A DNA stretch of 63,606 nt, filler included, from Octopus bimaculoides (taxonomy: Eukaryota), in assembly GCF_001194135.2 (NCBI RefSeq). It is 6 parts of 6 records of this genome, joined end to end, with 100 filler letters (N's around TTAATTAATTAA, not from the genome) between each part and the next. Parts side by side here need not be neighbours in the genome. Positions count along the whole stretch, not along the records: positions 45,173 to 52,034 come from NC_068986.1; positions 52,135 to 61,331 come from NC_068984.1; positions 61,432 to 63,606 come from NW_026311804.1; 3 more parts are not named here. The stretch is one strand, 5' to 3'. Under the pieces are notes generated by a model. It ran no database searches. It was not told the origin of the DNA and saw only the letters and a program-made list of their open reading frames with translations. This document shows, one piece after another, positions 50,467 to 63,606 of the stretch. The translations under genes were made by a program, and so were the position numbers. How positions within the stretch are numbered: position 1 is the first letter of the stretch; the number at the start of each line of letters is the position of its first letter.

Positions 50467-51393
50467 CTCTTTTACTATCATCGGTTCTTCGACCATTAGT
50501 GCTCTGACAACAGCTGCTTATACGCCCTGCTGTTCTGCGCTTCTTATATTTCCGTTCCTTTCCCACTCGTCTGAATAGAAACTCCTCAGATGACTATAAG
50601 TGCCACATGCGTAACAGCTAGGATTTCTTCCGTATCATATCAGACACATCAAATTTCTGTTTGTACCAACAATGAGATACAGTTCCGATATAGCTTTGCA
50701 TCAACAGATTTATGCCCATATACACCCCACCTATTAAACTATATCTCAGTTCTCCCCACCTGAACGCTTTCCATCTTCATGCAGTCATGCAACCCGTTCC
50801 AAGAGTCAACGCCACCACAATTAATTTTTCTGTGATTTTTGTGATTTTTGTTTTACGTCTTCCCATGAGCAAAGAAAGGATGATACTGATAATTCTTTCC
50901 AAAGTTTCGCACGGGTCAAGCGCCTTTGAGTTAGAGAAGCCGAATACATAGACCCCCAAAGCTCAACTGGCACTTATTTAATGGATCTTGAAAGGGCGAC
51001 AAGCAAAATCGGCATCGAGAGCATTTCAATTCAGAATGTAAACTAGAAAAAGCGCCTCAATCATTTTGTCCAGCGTACTAATTATTCTACCAGCTCCATA
51101 ATGATTATGATTAACGAGATAGATGCAAACCATTATATAAACTATAGTTATTGACTGGTACTTCTTGCAAGTTAAAAACTGCAAAGCCCGAAGAAACCGG
51201 TGATGTTCTTATTCGGCAGCAATTATTCCATAGAAGAATTCCTGTCACTTTTCTTATTGGCCCGAAAAACTCAGTCTGGCAGGATTTAGATGCGGAACGT
51301 GAAACGGACACAACTAACATAAGACATATTTTTCTGCCACTCTACTAATTCAGTTTCCCACATAATATACAATAAGACTGGTGTAAATAACGA

Positions 51394-51690
51394 GTTCAAA
51401 TTTTGACACAGCACCAGCAATTCCGGGGAGGGTATGTCGATTACATCGACTCTCTGTGCTCAAGTGATACTTATTTTATCAACCTCGAAAGAGATGAAAG
51501 GCAAAGCTGAACTCGGCGGTATTTGAACTCAGAACGGTAAGCACTTTGCCCGTCGTGCTAACGGTTCTTCTAGCTTGCCGAGTCACAAGGCCAGCAAGTT
51601 CGGTGTTAGACGAAAATCGATTACATCGACCCCCAAGGGCTCAACTGGCAGTTATTTTGTCGAATTTGAACAGAATTTGAACTCAGAACA
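51394..51690 (-). mobile_element. Two diverged family B SINE fragments
   Basis: gtcgattacatcgac...gatgaaaggcaaagc...tttgaactcagaac. Confidence 0.7.
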
Positions 51691-51989
51691 CCTTAAACGC
51701 ATGTGAATACTAGAAGCATTATATTGTTCGTTTAATACAGGAAAGAATTTAGCTTCGTGTCTTTATTCTCTGGATCTACGTACGGTCACCTTTCAGGGAG
51801 AAGGAATTTATTTTGCCGCCTGTCCTAAGGCAGAGGAAAAATCAGAGCCAGCAGTTTATTGAAGTCGATTCAGTAGACACGATAGGCATTTGCTTTAAAT
51901 ATTGGTGTCCTCGTGCCTATGTGATAAGAAATCAATAAGCAATCAATCAGCAAGAGTGACAAGGCGAGGAAGAAGTAACAGGAAGAGGT

Positions 51990-52034
<45 letters not shown>

Positions 52035-54177
52035 NNNNNNNNNNNNNNNNNNNNNNNNNNNNNNNNNNNNNNNNNNNNTTAATTAATTAANNNNNNNNNN
52101 NNNNNNNNNNNNNNNNNNNNNNNNNNNNNNNNNNATATATATGATGTAGCTTCCCTCATGTAATAACAAAGATTACGAAACAGTGTCAAGTACTGGAGTA
52201 AACATTTATTCTCTCACTCTACTTCTTTTACTTCGTCAAGCTTTGTACATATTCTCTACCAGTACGATTCAGAATGGGTTTTCAGAATGATGGCCAGTTT
52301 ACATCCGAACTGTAACCGCGGTCTCTCTCTCGAAATTGACAGCCGTGCATCAGCGTACTGAGAACTCTGTCGAAAAGGTAATATTTCCTGTAACTAATGG
52401 CCATATCATGCAGGATTCACTATAAACCATTGGGTGTGAACAACCATTCCGAAGCGAGCACAATATCTTCTTTTGAGCCAGTGAAAACTTCGAAAACGGT
52501 TGTACATGGAATTATATCCGAAGGATATTATCAAAGTGGCAATATGAATCTGGAGAACTCACCAGAATACGCCTCAAAGGTCTAAGAGACGTAAGTCTCA
52601 CAGAGATTCTCCAATGATAGTAACGAGTATATATATATATATGCATATTATATCCACTCACATGCGCACATCTCTGAGTGCTCTTGATGTGTGTAACATG
52701 CTTGTACGTTATTATAAATATAGTTTGTTTCTCAGTTAAACTCACTCGTTCTTGGTTAAATTGACTTAGTTATTCCATACATCTAGTTACGAGATAGTGG
52801 TCCCTTTTTCGTTTCATATTCATATTCAGATTGGTACTGCATGTCAGAATTTATCTTTAAAGAGTCGAGGGACCAATACTTCAATTCTATTTCATGAATC
52901 ATAATTTCTATATATGAATGGAGTTATATGCATGTGATCGTGTTGGCCTCCGTTTATGTTTACATGGCCTCTGTTTATGTTTATGTGTATATATGTACTT
53001 GTTGGTGTACGTATATGTGTATATGAATGCATGTAGACCTTTATGTAAGTATTTGATTGTGAGCGTGTTTGTGTGTGAAGGAATGTGCGTATTTATATGG
53101 GTATAATATTATATGTGTTAATTCATTCCATTATGTAAGTTCAATTTCACTGACATGATGCTTGGCACTAAAATTAATAGAATCCCTCAAGCAGTGAAAC
53201 CGTAAGCATTGAAACAGCACTGAACCGATCGCTTATGTTAAGCAAATATAAGAAAACAGATAAAGAAGACTTGGGGAAAATATTCATGTTCTTATATATC
53301 TCTTTGATTTGTTACCATCTCAAACGTTTACAAGATTTAGTTTGCAAGTCTTTTGAATAGAATCCAAACCAATCATAGTCATACTATAAAACGAAGAAAA
53401 TGCAGAAAAGCTTCTAGCAAAATAAATTGCTGTTATTACTTTTTACTTTGCACACTATATACATAAGATTATTCTCAAATGTTTCTGCTCCCAATTGAGT
53501 AATTGAAACCTAAGTTTTATTGACTTTCTGATTTATTAGAATGGAAGTATCACTGGGACCTTCGAACCAACCAAGTGAGAAATAAAAAAAAAATAGAATT
53601 TACATGAACACTCAGAGTGCAACATTTTAATTATCCCCTAGCGACTATTAAACGTAATGATTCTAATTTAACTACAAAAATATTACTTCGATCAATTATT
53701 TATACTATGTGTATTTATAAAGGAGGCAGAGGAGAGTTAGAAATACTAGATTGCTGGAATAAATACTCTTACGGTATACTGTTCTCTTAGCCTATGTTAA
53801 GAGTTCAATTCCCGACAAAGATAAGATATGTGACATTCCTCCGTGTCAGGGAGATTAATAGTTGTATGCTCCGGATTAGTCAGTCGACTAAACAATTCTG
53901 AAACTGAGTCGCCTCCTGCCTATGAAAATAATCATTAATGGAATGTAATGGGATGAAAATAAATAGAAGACTAAATAATTTAACTACCTCCCCTCTTGTT
54001 TGTAATTTCCAGAGTTACCTAGATACTTTCAATTCCAGTCACCCACCTCTGTGTACACATATTCCAGTCATGTACCAAGCCCATACCATTATACGTGGGC
54101 TATACACAATGCTTAATGAGTTGTTAGCAATTAAAGATTGCATTGATTTACAGTAGGAGAAACTCTCTCTCAGATTA

Positions 54178-54220
<43 letters not shown>

Positions 54221-55108
54221 NNNNNNNNNNNNNNNNNNNNNNNNNNNNNNNNNNNNNNNNNNNNNNNNNNNNNNNNNNNNNNNNNNNNNNNNNNNNNNNN
54301 NNNNNNNNNNNNNNNNNNNNNNNNNNNNNNNNNNNNNNNNNNNNNNNNNNNNNNNNNNNNNNNNNNNNNNNNNNNNNNNNNNNNNNNNNNNNNNNNNNNN
54401 NNNNNNNNNNNNNNNNNNNNNNNNNNNNNNNNNNNNNNNNNNNNNNNNNNNNNNNNNNNNNNNNNNNNNNNNNNNNNNNNNNNNNNNNNNNNNNNNNNNN
54501 NNNNNNNNNNNNNNNNNNNNNNNNNNNNNNNNNNNNNNNNNNNNNNNNNNNNNNNNNNNNNNNNNNNNNNNNNNNNNNNNNNNNNNNNNNNNNNNNNNNN
54601 NNNTCCCTTCTTCAGCGTACGACAATCGCCGACACCAAAAAGATTTTATAACATTTTTATAACATTTTTCTGACATAATTTAAATATATATTTTAACCAT
54701 GTAACACAAGCCTTCTGTAGTTTTTTCACTCTTATTATCTTTTATATATATATATATATAATGTATGTGTGTGTTTTGTGTGTTTGGGTATTTTATTTTC
54801 TCTTCTCTTACTTTAAATCGGATTATATTTTCCAATGCGTTTATTTCTAAGTAATTTTAGAAGATTAGCATTTTAACTACTGTTTACAGCAAGTCGACCG
54901 ACTAAATACCACCACCCAGTTTAAGAAAATTGTCTACGAAAGAAGAATTCTCTCAATGTCCTTGTCTTCTTCATCCTAACTCTTAACAGTTTCGATTTTA
55001 TAGTTTGAGATATATGAAGTCTGGTGAATCGGTGGTTTTTAGGGACTGTGTGAGTTTTGACGTAGTTTATGAGAGTTGGGTTATAGCAGAGTCAGTTTCG
55101 CACGCATA

Positions 55109-55430
55109 CGAGGGCTGATCAATAAGTATCCGGACTGTTGCAATAGTAACAAAGCTAAAGCACGCAGACTAAATCTGTTTGGCAATGATTGACCTTGAAC
55201 TCTGCTGTGCAGGCGCACTAAGTTTTAACGTTCTAGCTCATTTCTGCTGTTTACTGTCATGCTTGTCTGTAGCGTGTGATCGTCGCATTGACCATGACAG
55301 AGAAAGTTGTTATGGCAATACCTGCTCAGACGTCTACGTAAAGTTACAGAAAGTTTATAGAGAGGGGTGTATCAGCCGCACAGAAGTGTACGAGAGTTTC
55401 AGATATTTCCAATATGGCCGAAAAATGTCG
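55109..55430 (+). mobile_element. 5' fragment of a second mariner family
   Basis: TA + CGAGGGCTGATCAATAAGTATCCGGAC. Translation GNTCSDVYVKLQKVYREGCISRTEVYESFRYFQYGRK resembles the mariner G.T....Y..L...YG...+SR..VYEW...F..GR motif. Confidence 0.8.
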
Positions 55431-57254
55431 ATATTGACGAACTTTTTATATGATTTCTTCTTCCTAACGTACACAGGTTATCATATCTAGCTAACAGAAC
55501 TCTACGTTTGTGGGGGAAATGTATCTTTATGCTCAACATGGTTAATTAGTCCCTGAAGCTCTGTTCTGTCTAATTCAAATCAAAGCCTGTTGTGGAGTAC
55601 TTCAATAGGGTATATACTGTCTCGAGCCCTAGAATTCATATGACCACTTACCCGGATAACAGGATGTATAAATGAAACGACGCACTGCCTGGTCTTCTAA
55701 TCGAAACCACGATCTCATGTGCAACACTTTAAACACTAGGTCAGGTGCGTTCCACAGTATATTTTATTATATGTAACGTTATGAACTAAATTATACAGAA
55801 ACTAATGCAAATGTATAGAAAAATTAATAAATGCACTATAATTTTAGACCTATACATACATACATTCATACATACATACATACATGTTTGTAAGTATATC
55901 TATGTATACCTGTGGAAAACGTGCTCCAGCAAAAATTCTCTTTTAGTGTTATACATTGTGCATTGGGATACATACAAACATGCTACCCAATTATTTATGG
56001 AATTGGCAGTTTCAGGATTTTAGGAGAAGCTGTATTACTTGGATACTGATTCAAATAATACTATGATGTTTTGAGCGCTATTCTAGTAACCAGTACTAAC
56101 ATTTTATTTCAATCGTGTTAGTAATCGCAATAACCGCTGAGTTAAGCTTTGGATAATTGGAATCCATACCGAACATTCTATAATGTCCATTTGTTGTGAA
56201 ACCTACATTGTAGAGTTGAATTCTCATTAATCAGAAAATACAAACCCGTTTTGATATAACACTGATGCTATTTTAATTCGCTTTTCTCACTAATTATTCT
56301 CAGAATAATACGAGCACAAGGCAACCAAATGTAACTCAAATCTAAATAAGTAGCTCAGAGACTTTGCATCATTTATCTGATTTTGTTAAAAAGAGAATTG
56401 TTACAGCGGACAATTGAAGTGTTTACAATATGAGGTTAAATGATTCTCTGTTTTGTTCAAATACCCTATAGTCGGTTTTTATTCTCACAGGAGCCGATAA
56501 GAAGAATTTATACAAGGTTTTATTTAAAGTATCACCAAGTAGCGAAACGCAAAAAATAAATAATTATTTTCCTTTGTAAGTTTTACAAATACAGTAAATT
56601 GGAGAGAAGCTTTAGAAGAGTTCTAGACCTGTTTTCAATTGGATTCAACTCAATTGACTTTTTACGTTGCCAATGGTTTATTGAAAATCATGAACTTCAC
56701 AGCTCGCGTCACGTTATTTGTGGTTAGTAGGAACAAAAAGAATGGCTTTTTTCGTAGGATAAAACTAATATCCCAATGGCCAAAACATAAAAAGAATTGT
56801 AATTTAGCTCTAAGTTCGTCCCCATGAGGTTGATTTATTTACAGACACATTCATGCCAACAACCATCTATTCACTTTCAAATCCATGCTTCGATAATAAG
56901 TTGTGTTAGGGGGAGCGGGAAATAAATGGTATTTTTATCAGTCTAAACGAAAATACAGAGGGTATCTGAAAGGCTTGATAATCTGAATTATTCCATTTTT
57001 TTTTTTGTCAGACCGGCGAGATTAGGGACCTCTAGAAACATTCTATCAATGACTGTAAGTACGTTGTGTGTATGTGTTTGTGATTAATACTCCTATATTT
57101 GTTTATGCTGTTCATATACTTGCTACTGGCCACTAAGTTACTTCTGTTGACTCATTCTTGTTTAAAGTATGCAAATTCCTTAAGTCACAGACGTGTTCTA
57201 TTCTTTTAATTTTTTTGCGTAAGTCTGACTCTCTTGATTTCTGAAGACAAGTTT

Positions 57255-57309
57255 GGACAATTGTGCTGATGACGGGTAATTAACCGGAAATGCATATCTG
57301 CGATTGTCC
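57255..57309 (+). ncRNA. Minimal type-I hammerhead ribozyme candidate
   Basis: GGACAATTGTG-CTGATGA-CGG gtaattaa CCG-GAAA-TGCATAT-C^TGCGATTGTCC. 11-bp stem I (3 G-U pairs), complete core, 3-bp stem II, short stem III, AUC triplet. Confidence 0.6.
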
Positions 57310-57765
57310 TCTTATCTCCAAGATATACACCTCTTCTTAAGATTATCCCCCTTTTTCAAGTGTAGCTGGTCTTAATTGCTAGTTGGTAATTATAATGCAT
57401 CCTTTAGGAGCGAAGATAATTTTAATATGTCAAGAGAATGCTGTACGGTTCCCAGCTCTTTCTCTCTCAGGAAAGGAAAGAAAAGTAAGAGGATTTCACG
57501 TTTCGAGCGGTGCTCTTCAGCAGAAATATAGAAAAAGTCCAAAGATGAGACGACTGAGAAAGAAAATCGCCAACGATGCACACGTGGGGACATATTGAAA
57601 TGGCCGGAAGGGAATGGGTGAAGAAAAAGTTCTTTGTAAGACAGGAGAGTGCAAGAGAAGGAGGTATATATATATATATATATATATATATGTNNNNNNN
57701 NNNNNNNNNNNNNNNNNNNNNNNNNNNNNNNNNNNNNNNNNNNNNNNNNNNNNNNNNNNNNNNNN

Positions 57766-57806
<41 letters not shown>

Positions 57807-58363
57807 TATATACCTCTCCAAGAAGAGTTTCCACCTGCCCACACCGAATTTAGTCTTCTTTAAAAGATGTTTTCCAAGAAAGCTGCAAGAAATAGAACAC
57901 TGACCAAATTTTTGTTCTATTCAAAACTATGAATGATATGTCTGATGAATTAGAAGCAAGTTCAGAAACAATTCACCGCCAACGAAATAATTTTTTTGGC
58001 CTCAAAATATCAAAGGAATTATACTTAAATTCTTTCAAAACATTCTATCTATTCCCCCTGATTCCATTCTTCTCCACCTACTCAATCTTCTTTCTGTAAA
58101 CGTCTTATGGTTTTTCTCCTGGTTCTTTGAATAATTGCCCTTTGTACGTTTTTTCAAACTAATACAATTTTTAAGTGTGTAAAGCAAACCCGGCCACCAC
58201 TTTATATATCCAATAGATTCCGACTACCACAGAGAAAAACCTTCCGTGCACTGAAGGACTCTCCCATGTAAATGAAACAAGGAGAAGGCATAAATAATTT
58301 TGTGGATGCCATCTTCCGATTACACTTCAAAGTTATTATCAATAATATTATTTATTAATATTT

Positions 58364-58555
58364 AGAGCGGCAAGCTGATAGAATCGCTAGCGGCCTTTCG
58401 TCCATCTTTACGATCTGTGTTCAAATTCCGCCGTGGTTGATTTTGCCTTTCATCCTTTCGGGGTCGATAAAATAAATACCCGTTGATCAGAAGGGCCGAT
58501 GTACTTGACTCACCCCACGCACGAAATTTCTGGTCTTGCGCCGAAATTGGAAACC
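58364..58555 (+). mobile_element. SINE, family B
   Basis: agagcggcaagctgatagaatcg...ttcaaattccgccgtggttgattttgcctttcatcctttcggggtcgataaaa. Confidence 0.8.
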
Positions 58556-59690
58556 ATTGTTTAGCAATAATTAAAGTACATCCTTGTTCGGTTGTTGATG
58601 CACCATATATTACTTTCAAATAAACACAAAGTCGAATACATTAATAAATGCAACCTCCTCTAGATTTGAACTAAGACAGTCAATATAAAATGTCGTAACT
58701 AAATAACACATCATAAAATTAGCACTCAGCGTTACAAATGAAGATTGCCGATTAAGCATTTACAAATGCCATGTATTTGTCTTAACGTGTTTCTCTGCGA
58801 GCGTGCATATGTGTATATATATATATACACAAGTGTGCATTTGACTGTGTGTACGAGTGTTTGTACACTTATGTATGTGCATGTGCATCTTTTTCTTTCT
58901 GTTATTCTTATGTACTGACAGACATATTATTATTCTATCACAAAATCTGTCTCGTATTTTCTATGATTTAACAATATATCTTTAAAATGCTTCCACATAA
59001 TTTTCTTTATTTTGTTCTGCTTATTTTGAACAATTTGTGTTGTTTTTGCATAAAATATCTTTTTTGTTGATTGTAGTTTCATTTCTATCATATTTATTAT
59101 TTTATACGTAATTGGTTTCAAACTGAATTATTTTATTTTCTTCTTTGCCTTACCACATCATGGCGTAATTTAGTATTTCTGGTGACTCGTAAGATATTCT
59201 TAACTTGTTATGCATCAATGAACTCTGTAGGAGACCAAAAGTTATAGTAACGAAACTGTTCAACTGTAAAGAAGAAATGGAGTAGAATGCCGAGTTTAAA
59301 TAAACATGGTAAAGAATTATTGCAAAATAAAAAAAAGAAAATTGAAAATAGAAAATAAAAAAATTAAATCAGGAAATGGCGCCGTCTCTCACTTGCAGTT
59401 TGTAACTGTAATTTACTTCGAGATGTTGATTAGCAATGATATTGATGTAAACAGGAATAGGGAACATAGGCTAAGATAACTATCTTCAAAGGATAATTTG
59501 TACTTTGCAACAGGGAATGAATGCATATATATGCATGTGTGTCTACCCTTGTATAGTTAGGAAAACAGAGCCATTTGTATGCGCCCGCGTGTTTGTATGG
59601 TTGCATANNNNNNNNNNNNNNNNNNNNNNNNNNNNNNNNNNNNNNNNNNNNNNNNNNNNNNNNNNNNNNNNNNNNNNNNNNNNNNNNNNN

Positions 59691-59726
<36 letters not shown>

Positions 59727-60177
59727 ATTCATAAAAAGAGCAAGGGGAAACAATTTTTAAGACCACTCGAGGGGGTAAAAATAGCAATGAAATCGACAAA
59801 TCATGACCTGCAGGTTTTGTAAAATTACAGTTAGGGTAATGTTAGTCCTTGGTTTCATGTGCCGAAGAGAAAAGAGGAGAGAGTTGTGGCTGGAATGCCT
59901 TCAATTTGTAGTATGAGAGATTATCTGTGCTAAACAACACCAACGCCGACATTCGTAATCGGCAACACGCAAAAGATGATTTGATAGTCACACTGACATT
60001 ACGTCTGAATAGAGAGACAAATATAAAGAGAAGCCGAAAAGTAGATCTGCCAGTCAAAGAGTTAAAGAAAAGCACAATACTGGGTAGGAGTCTGTGATCC
60101 ATTTTTGCATATCATTACTTATTCATTACTCACTTGGAAATTTATGTAATTGTCTTAAATAAAGTACAAGTTTATGG

Positions 60178-60215
<38 letters not shown>

Positions 60216-60422
60216 GTGTGTGGGTGTACACGTGGGTGTGTCTGTGTGTGTAATTCAAATTGTAAGACAGAGACATACTTTAACACATCATTAAAGAGGT
60301 GTAAAGTATTTCTTTGATTTATTTGGATTATATTTTTCTGCTTGCTAAATCCTGAAGAATTTTGGTATTAGTCTGGAATTCGACAGTGTTGATAGCTAAG
60401 AACTCGGGTTGTATATATACAT

Positions 60423-60495
<73 letters not shown>

Positions 60496-61191
60496 NNNNN
60501 NNNNNNNNNNNNNNNNNNNNNATACACACACACACACACAATTTTTTACTTTTTACCTTGTAGATATTACTTTCTAGTTTTCCGCATAAGAAGAGTCTAC
60601 ACCCGCTAGTTTGTATTGACAACGAAACGTATAAGTTGTAATAATGAGATCAAGCCAACAGATATTTAGAAATAATTTAATAGTACGTTTCAGCTGTGCG
60701 TAATATATATTTGGAAATGCATCCATTACACAAGACATTCGTCGGTTACCACATTGAAATGTTTTAACTTAGGAAGGTGTTATTTGATGGAAGCATTTCC
60801 AGATTGGAGAGTGTAAAAGCAGAGTTTATCTTTTATAGGTATGAGAGTATTATTGAATGAGACTATGAGTTCAGTGCTGAGTATTCTTGGACAGAAATTA
60901 CCTGCAATATCCACAAGTTTGAGATTAGTTGTTACACCAAACTTAAGAGACTGCATCTTAACTCCCTAATATATCTAGTATGCCTAACATCTCAGGTACT
61001 ACATGCATTAACTTTGAAATTGTCCCGATATGGAAAGGGACGATTTTGACTGTTGCTTGATATATTTCATTACCTGGCTCGCCCAGATACTGCTTTTCTT
61101 CAGGAGAGACCAGGATGTTAGATTTTCCAGGATGTATTGTCTGTCATGTCCCATTTATGTGTATTTTGTTCAAAATTGTGACATCAGTGCG

Positions 61192-61263
<72 letters not shown>

Positions 61264-61431
61264 TAGTTTTATTTTTATAACGTGCTTTCACTTCACTACC
61301 GAGCGCAGCTCTGTGCGCCTTGGGTATGTGCNNNNNNNNNNNNNNNNNNNNNNNNNNNNNNNNNNNNNNNNNNNNTTAATTAATTAANNNNNNNNNNNNN
61401 NNNNNNNNNNNNNNNNNNNNNNNNNNNNNNN

Positions 61432-61620
61432 GTGTGTGTCCGTGTTCGTCCCCACCACCCATTGACAACCGGTGGTGGTGTGCTTATGTCCCTGTAACTT
61501 TCCGATTCAACCAAAAGACGAATAAAATAAGTACCAGGCTTTAATAAAATATACTGGGGTCGATTAATTCGACTAAAAAATTCTTGAAGACAGTGCCCCA
61601 GCCTGGCCGCAGTCTGAAGC
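61432..61620 (+). mobile_element. SINE, family C (3' part)
   Basis: ttgacaaccggtggtggtgtgcttatgtccctgtaac...aataagtaccaggc...ccagcctggccgcagtc. Confidence 0.75.
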
Positions 61621-61869
61621 AAGCAAAAGATAAAAGATTAACGATATATATACACCTGCAAGAGACAATAATGAGCAAAGAGAAATAACTCTAAGCGGCC
61701 AGTGGCATATATTTGAACAAAGATATATATATTAAATAATATACAAGATAGATTTTTGATTTATTGAAATTATGTTTGCTTCCATTGTGGGGAGGTCAAT
61801 CGTTTGGTGGCAAATGAGAAAGGAAAATCATCTCAAGAATCAAGCGTCCAAACAATTGAATTTAGGTCA

Positions 61870-63009
61870 GGTCAATATACAGTTTACGACCCGGTCAAGT
61901 AAAGAAAAAAAACCCCAGCCTACCAGGTGTAAAAGAATGTGTAGAAAACGAATATGAAAACAAAAATTTGCGTAAACGAACGGGTGGCGGGTGGGGAGAG
62001 GACTTTCGGAAAATTCACGAGATCCGATTTTCCTTTCATAACTTTCAGGAAAATGGATATATATTGATGAAAGTTTGTAGAAATACCGTTCAAATGGCAA
62101 AAATTACGATTATAAAGAAATTTCTGGGGAAAATGTTTTCCGAAGGAGTGGGGAGAGGATTTCAGAAGATTCACACGATCCGTTTTTTCCCCCTCATAAC
62201 TTTCAGGAAAATGGATATCTTTCAATGAAATTTTACTGAAACACCTTTCAAGCGGCAAAGATTACGATTATGAAGAGATTAGCTACTAGGTGTAAAAAAA
62301 CGTGTAATAAACGAATATGGAAACAAAAATTTGCGCAAACAAACGGGGGCGAGTAGGGAGAGGACTTTCGGAAAATTCACACGATCCGATTTTTTTTCCC
62401 TCATAACTTCCAGGAAAAACATTTTACCCACCCCCCGTTCGTTTGCGCAAATTCTTTTCACTTTCGTTTTCTACACGCTTTTCTTTACACCTAGTGGACT
62501 TTTTTTTTCCGTTTTGGAGACCGGGTGCTAAACTAGATCCTGAATGTTATGAGCGAAAGAACGGATCGTGTGAACTTTCGGACAGTCCTCTCCTCACCCC
62601 TTCGGAAAACATTTTCCCCACAAATTTCTCCATAATCGTAATCAATTCTGTTTGAAAGGTGTTTCTGTAAAATTTCATTAAAAGATATCCATTTTCCTGA
62701 AAGTTATGAGGATCGTGTGAGTTTTCCGAAATCCTTACCTTTGGAAAACATTTTCCCCAGAAATTTCTTTACAATCGTAAGCTGTGCCATTTGAACGGTA
62801 TTTCTGTAAAATTTTATCAATATATATATATCCATTTTCCTGAAAGTTATGAGAGAAAAATCGGATCTTGTGAATTTTTCGAAAGTCCTCCCACCCCACG
62901 TTCGTTTGCGCAATTTTTTTTCATATTCTTTCGCTACACATCTTTTCACACCTAGTAAGGCTGGTTTTCTTTTTGTTTTCGTGACCGGGTCGTAAAATGT
63001 ATATTGATC
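61870..63009. mobile_element. Foldback-like element: 1.14-kb imperfect palindrome of modular repeats
   Basis: Termini ggtcaatatacagtttacgacccggtca / tgaccgggtcgtaaaatgtatattgatc. The ~140-bp internal modules are repeated directly and inverted across a centre near 62425. Confidence 0.8.
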
Positions 63010-63606
63010 AGAATTTATCGTCAATCTGTGAGTGGACTAGGGTGTAAGAAAGAAGAGGATAGATCGAGAAAGAAAAGAAGGGGATAGATCGAGAAAAAAA
63101 ATCACACCAAGGCAGAGAATTAAAAAAATGAAAGTAAAGTTAAAATAAAATGAAAGAGATAGAAAGTCAGCAGCGAAAAATAGTTGTTAAAGATACAGAG
63201 AATGAAAAATAATAGTGAGAAGGAAAAGAGAGGAAGCGAGGAATTGGGTAAATAGAAAAGAAAATGTGTGAAAAGGAAAGTAAGAGAGAGAGAGAGAAAG
63301 AGAGAGGTACAGACAAAAAAAGAGAGAGAGGGAGACAGAAAGAGAGAGAGAGAGAGAAAGAGAGGAGGTGGAAAGACTTGTGACTTTCTATAAAGGAGTG
63401 ACAACTAATTTGCATTGCTGGTTCCTTTACGTTCCTCTTCCCACACCTTCCGTCACCTAACTCCCATCGTTACTGTCTCCAACAACACCAACACTGTCTT
63501 CATCATCATCGTCACCAAACATGAAGCTGTTGCTGCCAAGTAGCCGCTAACTTCCTCACCCCACCCCACTCCTACCATCATCATCATCATCATCATCCTC
63601 ATCATC

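Noticed and set aside
57490-57530. Minus-strand CTGAAGA-GCACCGCTC-GAAACGTG motif
   Set aside because: Position 17 is G, and stems I and II do not form in register.
1-63606. Numerous YI/HT/CV/LS-repeat and X-containing ORFs in the track; CRISPR-like arrays
   Set aside because: These are microsatellite and gap artefacts, and no repeat-spacer array is present.

Overview
Repeat-rich animal genomic DNA with many N-gaps. The tRNA-derived SINE families and the dense AT/CA/GATA and trinucleotide microsatellites suggest a coleoid cephalopod, most likely Octopus (inference). There are two host-gene signals. (1) Five phase-compatible minus-strand exons (9745 to 471) of a large lipid transfer protein of the apolipophorin/vitellogenin-N type; its 5' exons were not found. 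(2) A very large plus-strand exon, about 34975-40131, whose single reading frame is open for about 1560 codons apart from one in-frame TAG at 36706-36708. It ends in a signal-peptide-like segment, an RxxR site and a canonical donor. The rest is mobile-element debris: a Gypsy pol fragment, a Penelope-like remnant, RTE tails, four SINE families, mariner and hAT elements, and a 1.1-kb foldback palindrome. The most notable observations are the lone amber codon (a candidate for A-to-I stop-to-Trp recoding or readthrough, but possibly a base error) and several minimal type-I hammerhead-ribozyme motifs (57255-57309 near-intact, 42567-42623, and an inverted pair at 48123-48266). All calls were made by eye; no searches or folding programs were run. 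Repeat boundaries are approximate.
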